Assembly: GCF_036321535.1 (NCBI RefSeq)
Contig: NC_087447.1
Coordinates: forward strand, 36,520,001 to 36,584,000
Origin: Camelus dromedarius
Lineage: Eukaryota
DNA length: 64,000 nt
Direction: 5' to 3'
Shown here: one piece after another, positions 1 through 12,214 of the stretch
How positions within the stretch are numbered: position 1 is the first letter of the stretch
Layout: every line of letters starts with the position of its first letter
Notes under the pieces: model-generated
Database searches by the model: none
What the model saw: only the letters and a program-made list of their open reading frames with translations
What the model was told of the DNA's origin: nothing
Translations under genes and position numbers: made by a program

Positions 1-27
1 GGAAATATAGGACGTTCTACATTATTT

Positions 28-110
28 TAGAATTGGGGAGATCCTGGAAGTCATCTATTTTAAATTCATTTTATAGATAAGAAGACAAAATTCTAGAAGA
101 AACTTGAGTC
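28..110 (-). mobile_element. MIR-family SINE fragment
   Basis: 'cattttatagataagaagac' resembles the MIR core 'cattttacagatgaggaaactgag'; highly diverged. Confidence 0.45.
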
Positions 111-2513
111 TAGTTTGGCTGGAAAAATATCATCCCATGGGATATGGTCTTTAAGACATTAAAAAATGCTTTTAACTACAAGCTTATTTCTTTTAAGTTC
201 CAGGACTGTTGGTTTACAAAATTTTCATAGTGTTGTGATGTACAGGTCAAAGAATTTTCCAGGTTTATGTTTGAGGACTTCTGTATCACTAACCAATATT
301 ATATGATCTTTAGATTAAAAGGTAATAAGCCTTTGTCTATTTTGTTGGACTTATCTCTTCTGCTGTGTTGTTTTACTAATTGTTCCTGACACAGTGTTGA
401 AAATGTTTTGATGGACGAGTCATTGCTTTAAATGGCAGTTATTGATCTTGAACTTATTTATTTAAAAATTCCTTATTATGTGTTGACCTGAACATTTATG
501 TGCTTTTGCTCTGTAGACTGGTATGTTATGTTAAAAGTGGGCAAGAGAAGAACACATACTCAATAAATGTAGTGTTACTGGTTTTCAAAAACTGACCATA
601 ATTCAAAACTATCTTTGCTTGGAACTGTACATTTTAATTTTTGTGTTATTTTTTCTTGGTATCTTAAAGTGTGTCAGTAAAGCTATTTGTTAAAAGAATA
701 TGTTTATTTTAAAAAATGACATTTTAAACAAATTTGTTGTCACCAAATGACATATTATTATTATGATATATGGTAACTTCCCTTTTACATCTCTCTCCTG
801 CTCTAACATGCTCCCTAATAAGTCAAAATAAAAAGCTAGAGATATTAATATTATACTGAAGACAAAATCTCATACTTTTGTTAAGGGTATACTATCTTTA
901 AAAGCTTTTTCACTTTAAATATCTTAATTTTAGACTGCAAATATAGCAACCATTTTCTGCTGCTGGAAAGGAGTTAATAGGTGACTTTCAAGCATGTTTT
1001 TCACATTTGACTTCTTCAGAATTCAAATCTCAGACTATGACATTTCATATCTTAAGATACAAGAGTTTTTGGTCTTGATCCTCTTCATTGAGCTTTCTAT
1101 TAGTCCTCCATCTTACCTAACTTTTCGGAATATACAATTTTCCATCACCATAGTCACATTGCATTTGACCCAGTCTCACAGACTAAATTATGCCCAAAAT
1201 ACTAAAGATATATTCATTTAGTTTTAAATATTATGTTTCTATTGCAAGGTACTGATACTATATACTTTTAATTTATGTTGAGCTTTTCAATGATTTTTTT
1301 GCTGAATAAATATAATCACTGTGCTAAGTATTACTTTTTAAACAGATGCCAATATGTAATTTTGTGTCTAAGTATTTTTTTGATAATATAGGGCATCAGT
1401 ATTAAATGAAATTTTAATCCAGTGATTACATTTCTTTGAAAACACTTCTCTCAGAAATTCATATTTTACTTGTATTATGTTGAGCATGATGAAATGTTTT
1501 CCACTTTCCCTTATCATGTCCTTATTTCGACAGTCGCCAAAACATTCAAAAGTTTAATTTAAACTGAAATATTTCTCCATAGAATAAACAGAAAATCTCA
1601 CCTGCAAAGGGTGATTACACTTTGTAAATTTTGTTCTAAGACCTTTGTAACTCACAACTCATAGCTTTATGTACCTGATGCTTAAAAACATTGACATATT
1701 ATGTTCAAAAGATATTTAGGATATTTTAAACTCTACAATTGTCTCATTGAGACTGGGAGTTGATGATAGTGAGAATGCATTTTATTTAGACTTATATAAT
1801 AAGGTATAGGTTTGTGTTTACAAAGTAACTTCATTAAATTACTCTGGAATATATGATGTTATTTAAAAATTTTTTGAATCATGATATAGTGGACATGTTC
1901 TAGGTAAGATTCAGTAACTGAGATTTGCTAAGGAGACTATAGGAACTCCAAATTTCCTTTTATTATTAAGTGAACTAGATTACTACTAGATATAATTGTA
2001 TATTAGGCACCAAGATTGAATGGGATTTTACAGAACCAAGTAAACTTTTATGGTTTCAGAGAATTGAATTTAGGGCCCAGTGCACATGAGATTAAGGTTG
2101 TGGAATTTTAAGCCAGTTACTTAGCTTTGCTTTATTTTTTGATCATACTGTGAAATAAAAAGTCCTAAAGAATAGGGATAAATAGACCCCACTCCTAAAT
2201 AGAGTAGTGTTAACAGAATTCCTTGGGGATTATTTCTAAGTATAGTCACTTTTACTTTATGATTTGAAGAGAGAATGTACAAGGAAATTTCTTATTTTCT
2301 TGGAATAGGAAGTCTATTCCAAGCTTTTTCAGGTAGCAACATGCTAATCAAGAAAGGAAAATGTATTTTGTAATTAATAAAATAGAAAAGCAAAACCTGA
2401 AAATAAAGAATGGGTAATGTACTTAAGATATCAAACATAGGTAAATAGTATAAAAATGTCAAAAAAACTTCACTTGTCCAAAGTGGTGATTATTCCCATT
2501 TTTCTTCCTATTT

Positions 2514-2595
2514 AATACAAGGACAACAAAGATCTAAAATAATTCTGCTTATTCTGTGTAATAAGTAAGAGTTAAAGCTTTGTTGTCCTTGTATT
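2514..2595. repeat. 82-nt inverted repeat/hairpin with perfect 18-bp outer arms
   Basis: aatacaaggacaacaaag (2514-2531) is the exact reverse complement of ctttgttgtccttgtatt (2578-2595); the inner sequence also pairs. Confidence 0.9.
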
Positions 2596-3125
2596 TGAGA
2601 GTCCCAAATCAGACGGAATAATGGATATTTTCAGAAAAGGTATTAGAAACAAAATACAGCAGAATCTTGTCTTTAAGCAAAACAATATAGCAGCCAAACT
2701 AGAAAACCACATTTAAAAAAATTACATTTTCAGAAAGCAGAACCAGAAAAAATCCAGAAAAATTAGGAAGTGTGAGTGAATTCACATCAGTATAGACTAA
2801 AACCTTATAACTTTTTGGTTTGGAAAGATGAAATCTGAGAGTGGATGATTTAAGTATAAATACTCATATACAAAAAAAAATACTCATAAAGAATATATAT
2901 GAAGGGAAAATGGATTTAGCTATCATGTTAGCTCTCCCTCCCCACCCCAACCCCACAATATTCAGTGGTTTATGTAGAAGCTTTGAAGCACAGTTTACGG
3001 TATGTATTTTGAATTCAGAATACTTGAATTTATCTCTAGGTTTGTACACTTAATAGCTGCTGTATGACTTTAAACATCACTTTCCTTATTAAAAAATTGG
3101 ATGTACGATTTATCCCACAGGATTC

Positions 3126-3135
3126 ATATATATGC

Positions 3136-3199
<64 letters not shown>

Positions 3200-3200
3200 A
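3126..3200. repeat. Compound (TG)n/(TA)n microsatellite
   Basis: Visible gtgtgt... run followed by a long tatata... run. Confidence 0.95.
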
Positions 3201-3635
3201 AATTAAAATTACATTAGTTATGACATGAGTGGAAATATCTAACACTTAGTAGAACTAAATAAATGTAGACTGAATTAGAATATATGCCCATATCAAATCC
3301 TTCTACCCAGTCTCAGGTTCTTTTAAGGAGAGTTCTCAAACTGGGGTCCATTGATTTGCAGTCCATATTATATAATAAATTATTTTCTTTGCTGGATCCA
3401 CTTTATTTTATCTCCTGCTCCCACATCAAGACATTCACAAAGTTTAATCCTTTGTTATATTGTGTAACTCATGTTGTTCTTGTCTTTTCTTATATGTCTA
3501 TATATTTTCTTAAATCAGTTTTATTATCATTTGTTACCTTTAGAGAAGTGTGAAAAATCATAAGGTTATATCTTTCAGTTGTGGTTACTATGACCTCTGG
3601 GGGAATATGTGAACATTTCTACTCAGGGAATTTTA

Positions 3636-4046
3636 TTTTATTTTATTTATTTTTTTAGATGATTTTTTAAAATTGAAGCATGGTCAGATACAATGTGTCA
3701 GTTTCTGGTATATAGCATAATGTTTCAGTCATATGTATACATACATATATTTGTTTTCATACTCTTTTTCATTATAGGTTACTACAAGATATTGAATATA
3801 GTTCCCTGAGCTATACAGAAGAAATTTGTTTTTTATCTATTTTATATACAGTAGTTAATATTTGCAAATCTCAAACTCCCAATATATCCCTTTGCACCCT
3901 CTTTCCCCTCTGGTAACCGAGGGGAAAGTGTATTCTTTTTTCTTATTAGTGTATTCTTTTTTCTTATTCTTTTTTTTCTTAGATTCCACATATGAGTGAT
4001 ATCATATGCTATTTTTCTTTCTCTTTCTGGCTTGCTTCCCATAGAA
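3636..4046 (-). mobile_element. Young 5'-truncated L1 (camelid-type 3' end) with 16-bp TSD
   Basis: T-rich tail then L1 3'UTR and the ORF2 end ('agattccacatatgagtgatatcatatg'); TSD tactcagggaatttta (3620-3635) / tactcaggggatttta (4047-4062); highly similar to the copy at 33560. Confidence 0.9.
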
Positions 4047-5169
4047 TACTCAGGGGATTTTAGCTTTTATTTACAAAACAAGGCCAAAATTATATTAAGT
4101 AATTAAGGAAGTTATTATTAAAGTAAATATTTATTGAGTATTTCCTATGTGAAAGGCATTGTTAACATTTTTAAGAGGTATTATTTTTTTCATGATAATT
4201 ATTATAAATTTAAAAGAACCTGCATTACAGGAGGCAATCTATATTCTATTTCCATTTTCCCCACTTCCAGCCAAGAGGGGGACCTTTATCTGTCTCCATT
4301 TGTGGTTCCATCAGGACTCAGATTTTTTTTCCTCCCAAATGCAGGGAGTAATATAGCAGATATGATGGGCTAGATGCAGCTGATGGTTATCCTCTCTTCT
4401 GCATCCAACGTTACCCTCAGGTCTTCATCATTGTCAGTGTCCTATGATTAAGAACTGTCAAGAACACCATTAGTAACTTTCAAGTAATTTGTTGTTTAAT
4501 TTTTAGCATGAAATAAGATTTTTATCATAATTGTATGACATTGTGATAAAATAAAACTGAAATCATCTCTCATGCTTTTAATGTAGTGAGTCTAAGTGTC
4601 CATTAGTGAGATTCTTGTTGAGTTTTTGTGCCCAAGAAATAATTTTTCCCCAAGAATTAACTGATAAATATTTTTTCATAAAAAAAATATTAGAAAAATA
4701 AATACTTTTAAGTTTTGGAGAGGGAGAATATAAACTATATTTTCCTAGGAAAATAGCTTTAAGAGAAAATAAAAATATAAAAGTTTTATATTTAGTTCCT
4801 ATTATTTTCTGTTTTTATAAAAGTTTAGGATTTATTCTTATATTGTATGTTGCACATATATTGTGTTAAATTATATGTATTATATTATGTATATGTATTA
4901 TTTGTTTATGTGAGGAAATGTGTATGTATAATGAAACATCATTAATGTCAGGTCTGTCTGAGTTAGGAAAACTGACTAATGGATTATTTTAAAGAAACTG
5001 GGATTTTTACTTTTTAAAATAAATATAGTGACACAAATCAGGAATATAAAACATTTTGTTATGATCTGTTGTTAAGTGCAGACTCTTAACTTATTTTAGT
5101 GAGTAGAAAAAATGATTTGTATTTATGAAATTGTATGTTTACATCTAAATTTCTACTTTTTATTTCCAC

Positions 5170-5400
5170 CTTATACTATTAGAAACTTTATAAAATGAAC
5201 TATACTCATTATAGAAAATTGAACCAATACAAAAATACAAAAAGAAAGGTAAAAATGTTACTTCAAATCTTGCCTCCCAGAAATAAAAACTAAATCACAT
5301 TTGGTAAGTATTCCAGACACATCACCAACCATGAGAACAAATAGAAGCCTAGAAAAAGAAAATACTTTCACAAAAATTGGATCATATTCCACATGTACTA
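5170..5400 (-). mobile_element. Old L1ME-type 3' fragment
   Basis: 'atactcattatagaaaatt...aatcttgcctcccagaaataa' resembles L1ME 3' ends. Confidence 0.45.
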
Positions 5401-5713
5401 TATTTCATAAAATTATAAATTTAATTTTTCTCTGATTTTAAAAAAGAAAATTTCAAATAAAGCTAAATAAGTTTCTAACTTCAGATATATATTTATAGCA
5501 AGACATAGTAATTCCTAAAGATCTTTCTAAAATTAAAAAAAAAAAGATAAGGTAAATATCATCAAAAAGGAAAACCACCTAGTTCAACTTCAGATAGTAT
5601 TCTCTGAATGAAAGATAATTGATTTATACTTCCTCCCTTTCTCTGGCTTTATTATTTCCAATTGTATCATAACTTACAGTGTTGCTTAGTGCTCACCCTG
5701 TAGCCCTAGCTTC

Positions 5714-5784
5714 TTATTTAAAAATTATTTTAAAATTTAAATTTTTAAAATTTTTAATTGAGTTATAGTTGATGTGCAATATTA
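5714..5784 (-). mobile_element. Ultra-short L1 insertion (tail plus ~30 nt of the 3' end) with perfect 15-bp TSD
   Basis: tgtagccctagcttc at 5699-5713 and 5785-5799 flanks an AT tail plus 'aattgagttatagttgatgtgcaatatta', matching the L1 3' terminus also seen at ~16350 and ~21355. Confidence 0.8.
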
Positions 5785-5819
5785 TGTAGCCCTAGCTTCA
5801 TTTTGATTCATACCTTGAT

Positions 5820-6750
5820 TAGCTGAATTTATCTTCAGGTAGTGTTTTCTTATATGCAGCCTTCCTTAATCTTTATAAGGTTATGTATTTTCATATGTTT
5901 AGACTTTGTTGCTTTCATACTTGAAGGATAACGTGGCTGAGTATAATACTGTTGGGTCGCACTTAGCTAAAAGATCTGTAAAATCTGTACATTTTGCTCC
6001 ACTTTTTTCCTTGGCATTTGATGCTGTTGAGGCAAAGGCATGATTTCTGCAACAGTCCCTCCCGCCTCCAACTTTGCAGGTGACTTTTTTTGTTTTTACC
6101 TGTAAGCCTTTAAAGTACAAAGTTTATTGTGATATATTTTAATATATGAATTGTCATTCTTTACCTTTTCCTGGGGACATGAGCTGCTTCTATTTAAGAA
6201 ATTTTTTTTTTGTGGAGGTCCATTTAAAAAAAATCCTCTTCTTCAGAATTAGTTACTATAAATATGCTGTATCTCCTTGTTTTCCTAGTTATCAGTTTTA
6301 CCTCCAATACTTTCTCTCTGTTCATTTTTACCATCTCTTTTAATGATTTCCTTAATATTTCCTCTATGCCCTAGTTTCAGTTATTTAAAGGTTTTTTTTC
6401 TATTTTATCTAGTGAGACTTTTTACCTATGTAATGACTTAATTTTCCTTCTTCCATTTCTTTCCTGAGGTCTGCAAGCTCATTTTTCAACTACTGTTGTC
6501 TTATCTCTTCCTTGATCTCATTTTCTTTTCTTTGAGTTCTTTTTTTCTCCCCCACAGAGATCATGTTATTTTTATTTAAGACTAAGGAGAAATATTTATC
6601 TAAATTTTTCCTTTGTTTCCTTGAGTAGAGGAGGAAATCATTATTTTTTAATGTGTCTTTCAATAATATCCTATGTTTTCTGTTATATAAGTATATTTGG
6701 ATTCTGTGCTAATTCCTTTCTTATTGCTTATCTAAAAATGGTGGCATATT
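5820..6750 (-). mobile_element. Ancient L1M/HAL1-like fragment (ORF1 region)
   Basis: 'ttgaaggataacgtggctgagtataatactgttgggt' resembles the L1 ORF1 antisense motif 'ttgaaggatagttttgctgggtatagaattcttggtt'; T-rich degenerate continuation. Confidence 0.45.
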
Positions 6751-7511
6751 TATATTGGATAGCTATTTGCTGAAAGACAGTATTAGAAGTGGGAGTATAG
6801 AGTGAATAGAGGCAGTCTTTGCAGCTTTAAAATTGACACTTATCTTGAAAAACCTCAATTATTATTATTATTTTTTTGCATTCTGCCTATATCACTCCTT
6901 AGTTCTGAAATTGAAAGTTTGATGTGGATTACAATGAAGTACCTTAAGTCAGATGATATCTGTTGTGGTCTGGTCATCTCTGCTTCCTGTCTTTCACCTC
7001 AGATAGTGTTTTAGGAGATTAGATTATAGACAAGATGGTATATCTTCATGTTTCTTCCTTATTCAGCTCAACTTCACCTGTAGTTCCTCAGTGTGAAGCT
7101 GGGTCTTCACAGGAATAGTACCTACTAGTTCTGCTGTCTCTCATGCCCTTAAATCTTACCACTTTAATCAAAGGGTGATTTGAAACCCTTTCAGACTGGC
7201 ATTTAGTTTTAGAGAAATTTATTTTTGCTTGAGGACTGAGGAGGTGGGTGTCAGCTTATAGTATTCTCCTTTTTCTGGTTTAGATTTTAATTTATTTGGC
7301 GTATGTTCTTCATTTTGTGATTGAGCTTGTAGGTATTTCATTGCTTCACTGAAGATCTCTCCATCTCCCATTTTTCATTCTTTTTGGTTGTTTTCAAGAG
7401 AGAAGAGTTAAGAAAAAATGGCTTTTACTCCTTCATCTTTGAGTAGAATTCTGAACTGGCTCTTTAAAAAAATATTCATGAGTATATTCTCTACTCCTTT
7501 TAAGTCAACTG

Positions 7512-7746
7512 AACATTCCTAACATGTATTATGTATCTGTAATGTGTTAAACCGTGTTCAGTGATCTTTATAGAACTATTATCTCTCATAATCTTAAAAA
7601 TCCTGCATGTTTTCAGTATTATCTCATTTAAAAATCAGAAATCCAAGGTTCAGAGAAATTGAAATGTCCAGGGTCATACAATAGAAGATCTAGAATTAAA
7701 ACTCAGGTCTATTTGACTCCAAAGCTGTTATTATTTCTGCTATACC
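7512..7746 (-). mobile_element. MIR SINE
   Basis: MIR core and 5' part: 'aaggttcagagaaattgaaatgtccagggtcatac...aactcaggtctatttgactccaaagc'. Confidence 0.75.
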
Positions 7747-9382
7747 CTACCTAGCCCCTGTCTGCATAATCACAAATTCTGAATAAGAGATTTTGTACAT
7801 ATTTCATAGTTAGACTTTTCACTGTTACCTCTTGGCTAATTTGAATGTGATAAATGTGTCTGTACACATCATTTACGCATGCATTAATAATAATGATAAT
7901 AATAATAGGCCATAAATTTACCTTGATGACTTGTGTCTGAGTATGCACAGATACAGACTGTATTGGTAAAATTCCCCACCCCACCTTTTGGGTTATCTTT
8001 CAAAGGAAGCAGTGGAACTTTAGGTTTAAGTAGCACCAAGTAGAATAATCTACTGGTGCCTGAGCACGAACAAGGTAACATTTTGATATAGATTATTCAT
8101 GCACCAGTTGATCCTATTCTGATTTAATCTACCATGTGATTTATTTGATGTTCTGAATTGCAGAAAAATATCCAAAGCCATCTTAGGTAAACACAGCTTA
8201 TTATTGTACTGGAAGTTATTGAATGGTGAGCTGTTTAGCAACATTTAGAGAAAAAGTAGGTGGGGGCTGAAGGAGAGAAAAATTAGGCCCAGGTTGTATG
8301 GACAACTGACTGCTCCAGTTTTACTTTGTACATCTAGGAGACAACTAGCTTGTTTTCTTTTCAAAAAAAATTTTCTTATTGTGTTATAGAGTAACAGGGT
8401 CTTCAAACATATACAAACAAAATAGCATGGCACACCTGTAAGAGGCTTAATTACTAGCAGTGGGTGGTGCTACTTTGATATAGTTTGCCTTTTCTCCAGT
8501 AGCAGTCTGGTTATCTGGTGTAGGGCCTGCTATAAGATTATCCAGCTTTCTATTGTAAGCTCTAATGTACTTTGGTGCCTCTGCAACTTTAATTACAACT
8601 TACCTAATGGTTAGAAAGTTTTCTACTGGCGTAATTATGTATCTTATCACTTTTAAATTCTTGAATTAAAAAAAATCAACAATAACACCTAGAAGTTACA
8701 CTGCTGTCATAGTGTATTAATACTTCAGATAGAATTACAATTGTGGTAGAAATTGGCAGGTAGAGCATATCATGGTCTGGAGTCACAAGGATGTGACTCA
8801 GATGAAAAATGACTCCTTAAGTATGTCGAGAGCAACCCATTCAGGTGCATCAGGGATTGCATTTTTTTGTTTTTTGTTTTTAAATTTAAAAAGCACTGGT
8901 GATGCACTTAAGTGAGTGACCATCAGTCTCAAAACAGTCACTGTAGTAAGTACATGGTAATATTCAGGCAGCTGTGAAAAAACTGGGTGTGCCCTTTTTA
9001 AAGGAAAGGGAAACACCCTAGTGCTTTTCTTACAGCCTGTGAAATCAGAGTCCAAGATGTTTTCCCCCGAGGCAAGCTATTTTTGTAAGTGCTCTTGCCT
9101 AGAGAACTGCTATCAATTTCTCTTCTTATTTTCCAGTTCCTTGGGTTCTCATTCACACACCTTCTCATTGTTGTACTCATTCCTGTCTATCTTTCCTTAA
9201 GTTTATTTCCATAGATGTTTCTTTCTTTTTTACTACCTTTACATTGCCTTATTTCACTTAGAAAGGTTAGTTATTGAAGTCTTTAAAACCAGTACTGGTT
9301 TTACACAAGAACAGATCCCATCTGTTAAGTTAATGCTTATAACTTGATGGAGAAAAACAGCATGTGAGTGTGAGGTGAGTGT

Positions 9383-9612
9383 AAGAGCAAGCGCTTTGGA
9401 GTCATGTATTCCTGGGTGGGACACCAACCCTCCATTCACACATCCTTAGAATACCTTTGGATAATTTATGTTACTTCTCTGAGCCACAGGTTGGAAGATG
9501 ATGGAGATAATGCCTTCCTTACTGGGTTGGTGTGCAGTATAAGTGAGATAACTTACATAAAGTACGATTAGTACAATGACTAAAACATAATAAATGTGCA
9601 TATTGTACTATT
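9383..9612 (+). mobile_element. MIR SINE
   Basis: 'agagcaagcgctttggagtca...ttacttctctgagccacag...gtgagataacttacataaag'. Confidence 0.7.
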
Positions 9613-9779
9613 GATCAAAATTATTTATTCCTTCAGTTCTATAGATGAAGTGTACTTCTGCCTGTCTTGGCCATGTCATTTCTGAGCAGAATCTTTTAGA
9701 AGGCACACGTTTCCACCAGACTGCTTATTCCTGTACCCTCTGTTATAAAAAGAACATGTTTCAGACATAGGATATATCC

Positions 9780-9922
9780 TCAGCCTGGGTTCTAGAATGA
9801 GAAGACAATGGAACAGACTTGAATGAGACACAGAAGCTGACCTCCTTCCACCATGTAATATGAGCAGAGAAGTAAATATTTGTTGTTGTAAGTCACTAAG
9901 ATTTTGAAGTTGTTATGCAGAA
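9780..9922 (+). mobile_element. MLT1 (ERVL-MaLR) LTR 3' fragment
   Basis: 'taaatatttgttgttgtaagtcactaagattttgaagttgttatgcag' is a typical MLT1 3' end. Confidence 0.6.
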
Positions 9923-9924
9923 TA

Positions 9925-10245
9925 CAGTTGTCCCTTGGTATCCACGGAGGATTGGTTCCAGTCCCACTCATGGATACCAAAATCCAAGGATGCTCAAATC
10001 CTTTATAAAAATGACATAATATTTGCATATAACCTATGCACATTCTCCTGTATGCTTCAAATAATGTCTAGATTTCTTATAATCCCTAATCCAATGTGAA
10101 TGCTTATATATAAATAGGTGCCGGCAGGTGGAAAATTCAAGTTTTCCTTTTTGGAACTTTCTCGAATTTTTTTCCCAAATGTTTTCAATTCTTTGTTGGT
10201 TAGTTAAATCTGCTGATATCAAACCCACAAATACAGGGTCAACAG
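9925..10245 (+). mobile_element. MER2-family (TcMar-Tigger) non-autonomous DNA transposon, complete
   Basis: TIRs cagttgtccct / agggtcaacag with TA TSD (9923-9924, 10246-10247); body 'ggataccaaaatccaaggatgctcaaatcc...atttgcatataacctatgcacat'. Confidence 0.85.
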
Positions 10246-10269
10246 TAATACCATTTCTGTTACCAGTTT

Positions 10270-10684
10270 CTGTATTTGTCAGCTTTGCTGCAATCACGAA
10301 GAATTCCAAAGTCACAGTGGCTTAAAACAACAAACATGTGTTTCTCAGTCACAGATCTTCAGGTTGTCTGTGACTGAGCTTGGCTCTGTTAGGTCACATG
10401 TCATTTCAATCTGTTATCCAGGTTGAAGGAGCAGCTCCTATCTGGGACATGCTGTTCTCATAGCAGAGACAAGGAGTATGAAAGACTGAACAAAATCATG
10501 TAGGTGCAAATAAAGCTTCCATAAGGATATGGCATATGTCACATCTTCTCATATTCCATTGGCCAAGTCACTTTTCCAAGCCTAACAATGGGGCAGGGAA
10601 ATATACTCCATCTACTGGGAGGCACTGGAAGTTACAAATCAAAGCGTGCAAACAGATAGTTGGGAACACAATACAATTGTCCAC
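10270..10684 (-). mobile_element. MLT1 (MLT1H/I/J-like) MaLR LTR
   Basis: 'cagtggcttaaaacaacaaaca', 'ccaggttgaaggagcagctcctatctgggacatgctgttctcatagcagag', 'cattggccaagtcac'. Confidence 0.75.
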
Positions 10685-12214
10685 ACTAGGCTTTCCACAC
10701 ACGTTAGATTTCTTGTCTTCAGCACTTCTCTTTCTTTTGCAGGATTTCTGAGCAGATATAAAATACAAATATATCTGGGAGAGGTAATTGATTAATTTAA
10801 TTTCACTCAAGGTAGAACTATTATGTACTTTGAGCAGATTCCAGCTGAAGGTATAATGGCAACAAAAAAGAATTTAAAATATAGTTAAGTATTAGGAAGT
10901 GTTTTGGATCCATGCAGATTGAATATGATTCCCAAAAAGCATTGGGGAAAGCTTTTCATCTTGGAAATGTAATTTTATTATGCTGTGAGATTTCTAGGAT
11001 TCTAAAATGAAATGGTTGTGGCAGTGACCCTTTCTTTTTGACTAATTGCCTAGGTTGATGTTTTTTTCCCCTCCTCAGTGCTCTAGGAATTTTTATGAGC
11101 CTCTTTAAAGTAACTGAGATGCCAGTCAGGATACTTGCAACGAACAGGTGATATCTATAGTCTAGTTGTTGCCCCTAGTGAAAAGTCCCTTTGGCCACTA
11201 GAGCTTCTTCTTTGGATTGGCATTCACTGTACTTGGGAGTAAAAGCTCATTTAAATAGTGTTTTATCTATTACATAACATGCCAAAGTTTCCTTTCCCTA
11301 TCTTTATACATGTCTGTGGAGGTCAGAGTATCTTAGGAAATGTCTGGGGAAAAACTTGAACTTAATGCTATATTTAAAATCATTTGTGACCTTAATTTCT
11401 CTTCTCTGTTCTGTCTCTATTTTCTTGTCACTTAAAAAATATCTGAGTTTTATTTTAAGCAAACTTGATATAGGAGAAGATGCATTAACTTTCAGGTAAA
11501 TTATTACATTTTAAATTTAGTATCATGTCATGAAATTTGGAAGAGAGGTTTTCTTTAAGAAGTTTAGACTATTGAATAGAACGTGGAAGACATGATTAAT
11601 GATAAATTAGATTTTTATCCTAGTCATAGAAAATGAAAACATATTTATGTTATTTCCCTTCTTTGATCCTCATTTTCTTTAAATCTGGCAAGTGGAAGAG
11701 ATCAATAGCCTTCCTTCCCTTTCTTACTGGGATATGTACTAGTAGATCTGAGAACACTTTGCCTTCAGAAGAAAGGTGAAACAAGAAGTCCATCAGTGAT
11801 ATAAGTATAAAGGGGAGGTCTGTCCAGATGTGAATAAATTATGTCTTCAATGATGAATTTAGTTTTCTGTTTAGCTTTTGAAGGGTAATGACTTATGTTC
11901 ATGAATTGATTCAAGAAATAGAGATTTTTGGAGAGACAGATACACTTCTTTTCCCATGATGCATGATTATTGAGAAAGTTACTGTTGTGTCTTTTAAAAT
12001 AAAGGATATAAGTGCAGCTTTTTAAGTTTTGTTTTTGTTTATTTTTTTAAAAGTTGCCAGTGATTGAAGATGAGATGTATGTTATGATATGACACACATC
12101 ATGGCAAATATTTCCCTCTATCCATCGTAGGAATGTATTTCTATTCATTCCTTTGCTATGATTTTTCTGGGTGAAGTTTGTTTGCATAAGGTTTCCATAT
12201 TTAAATTCAAAAGA

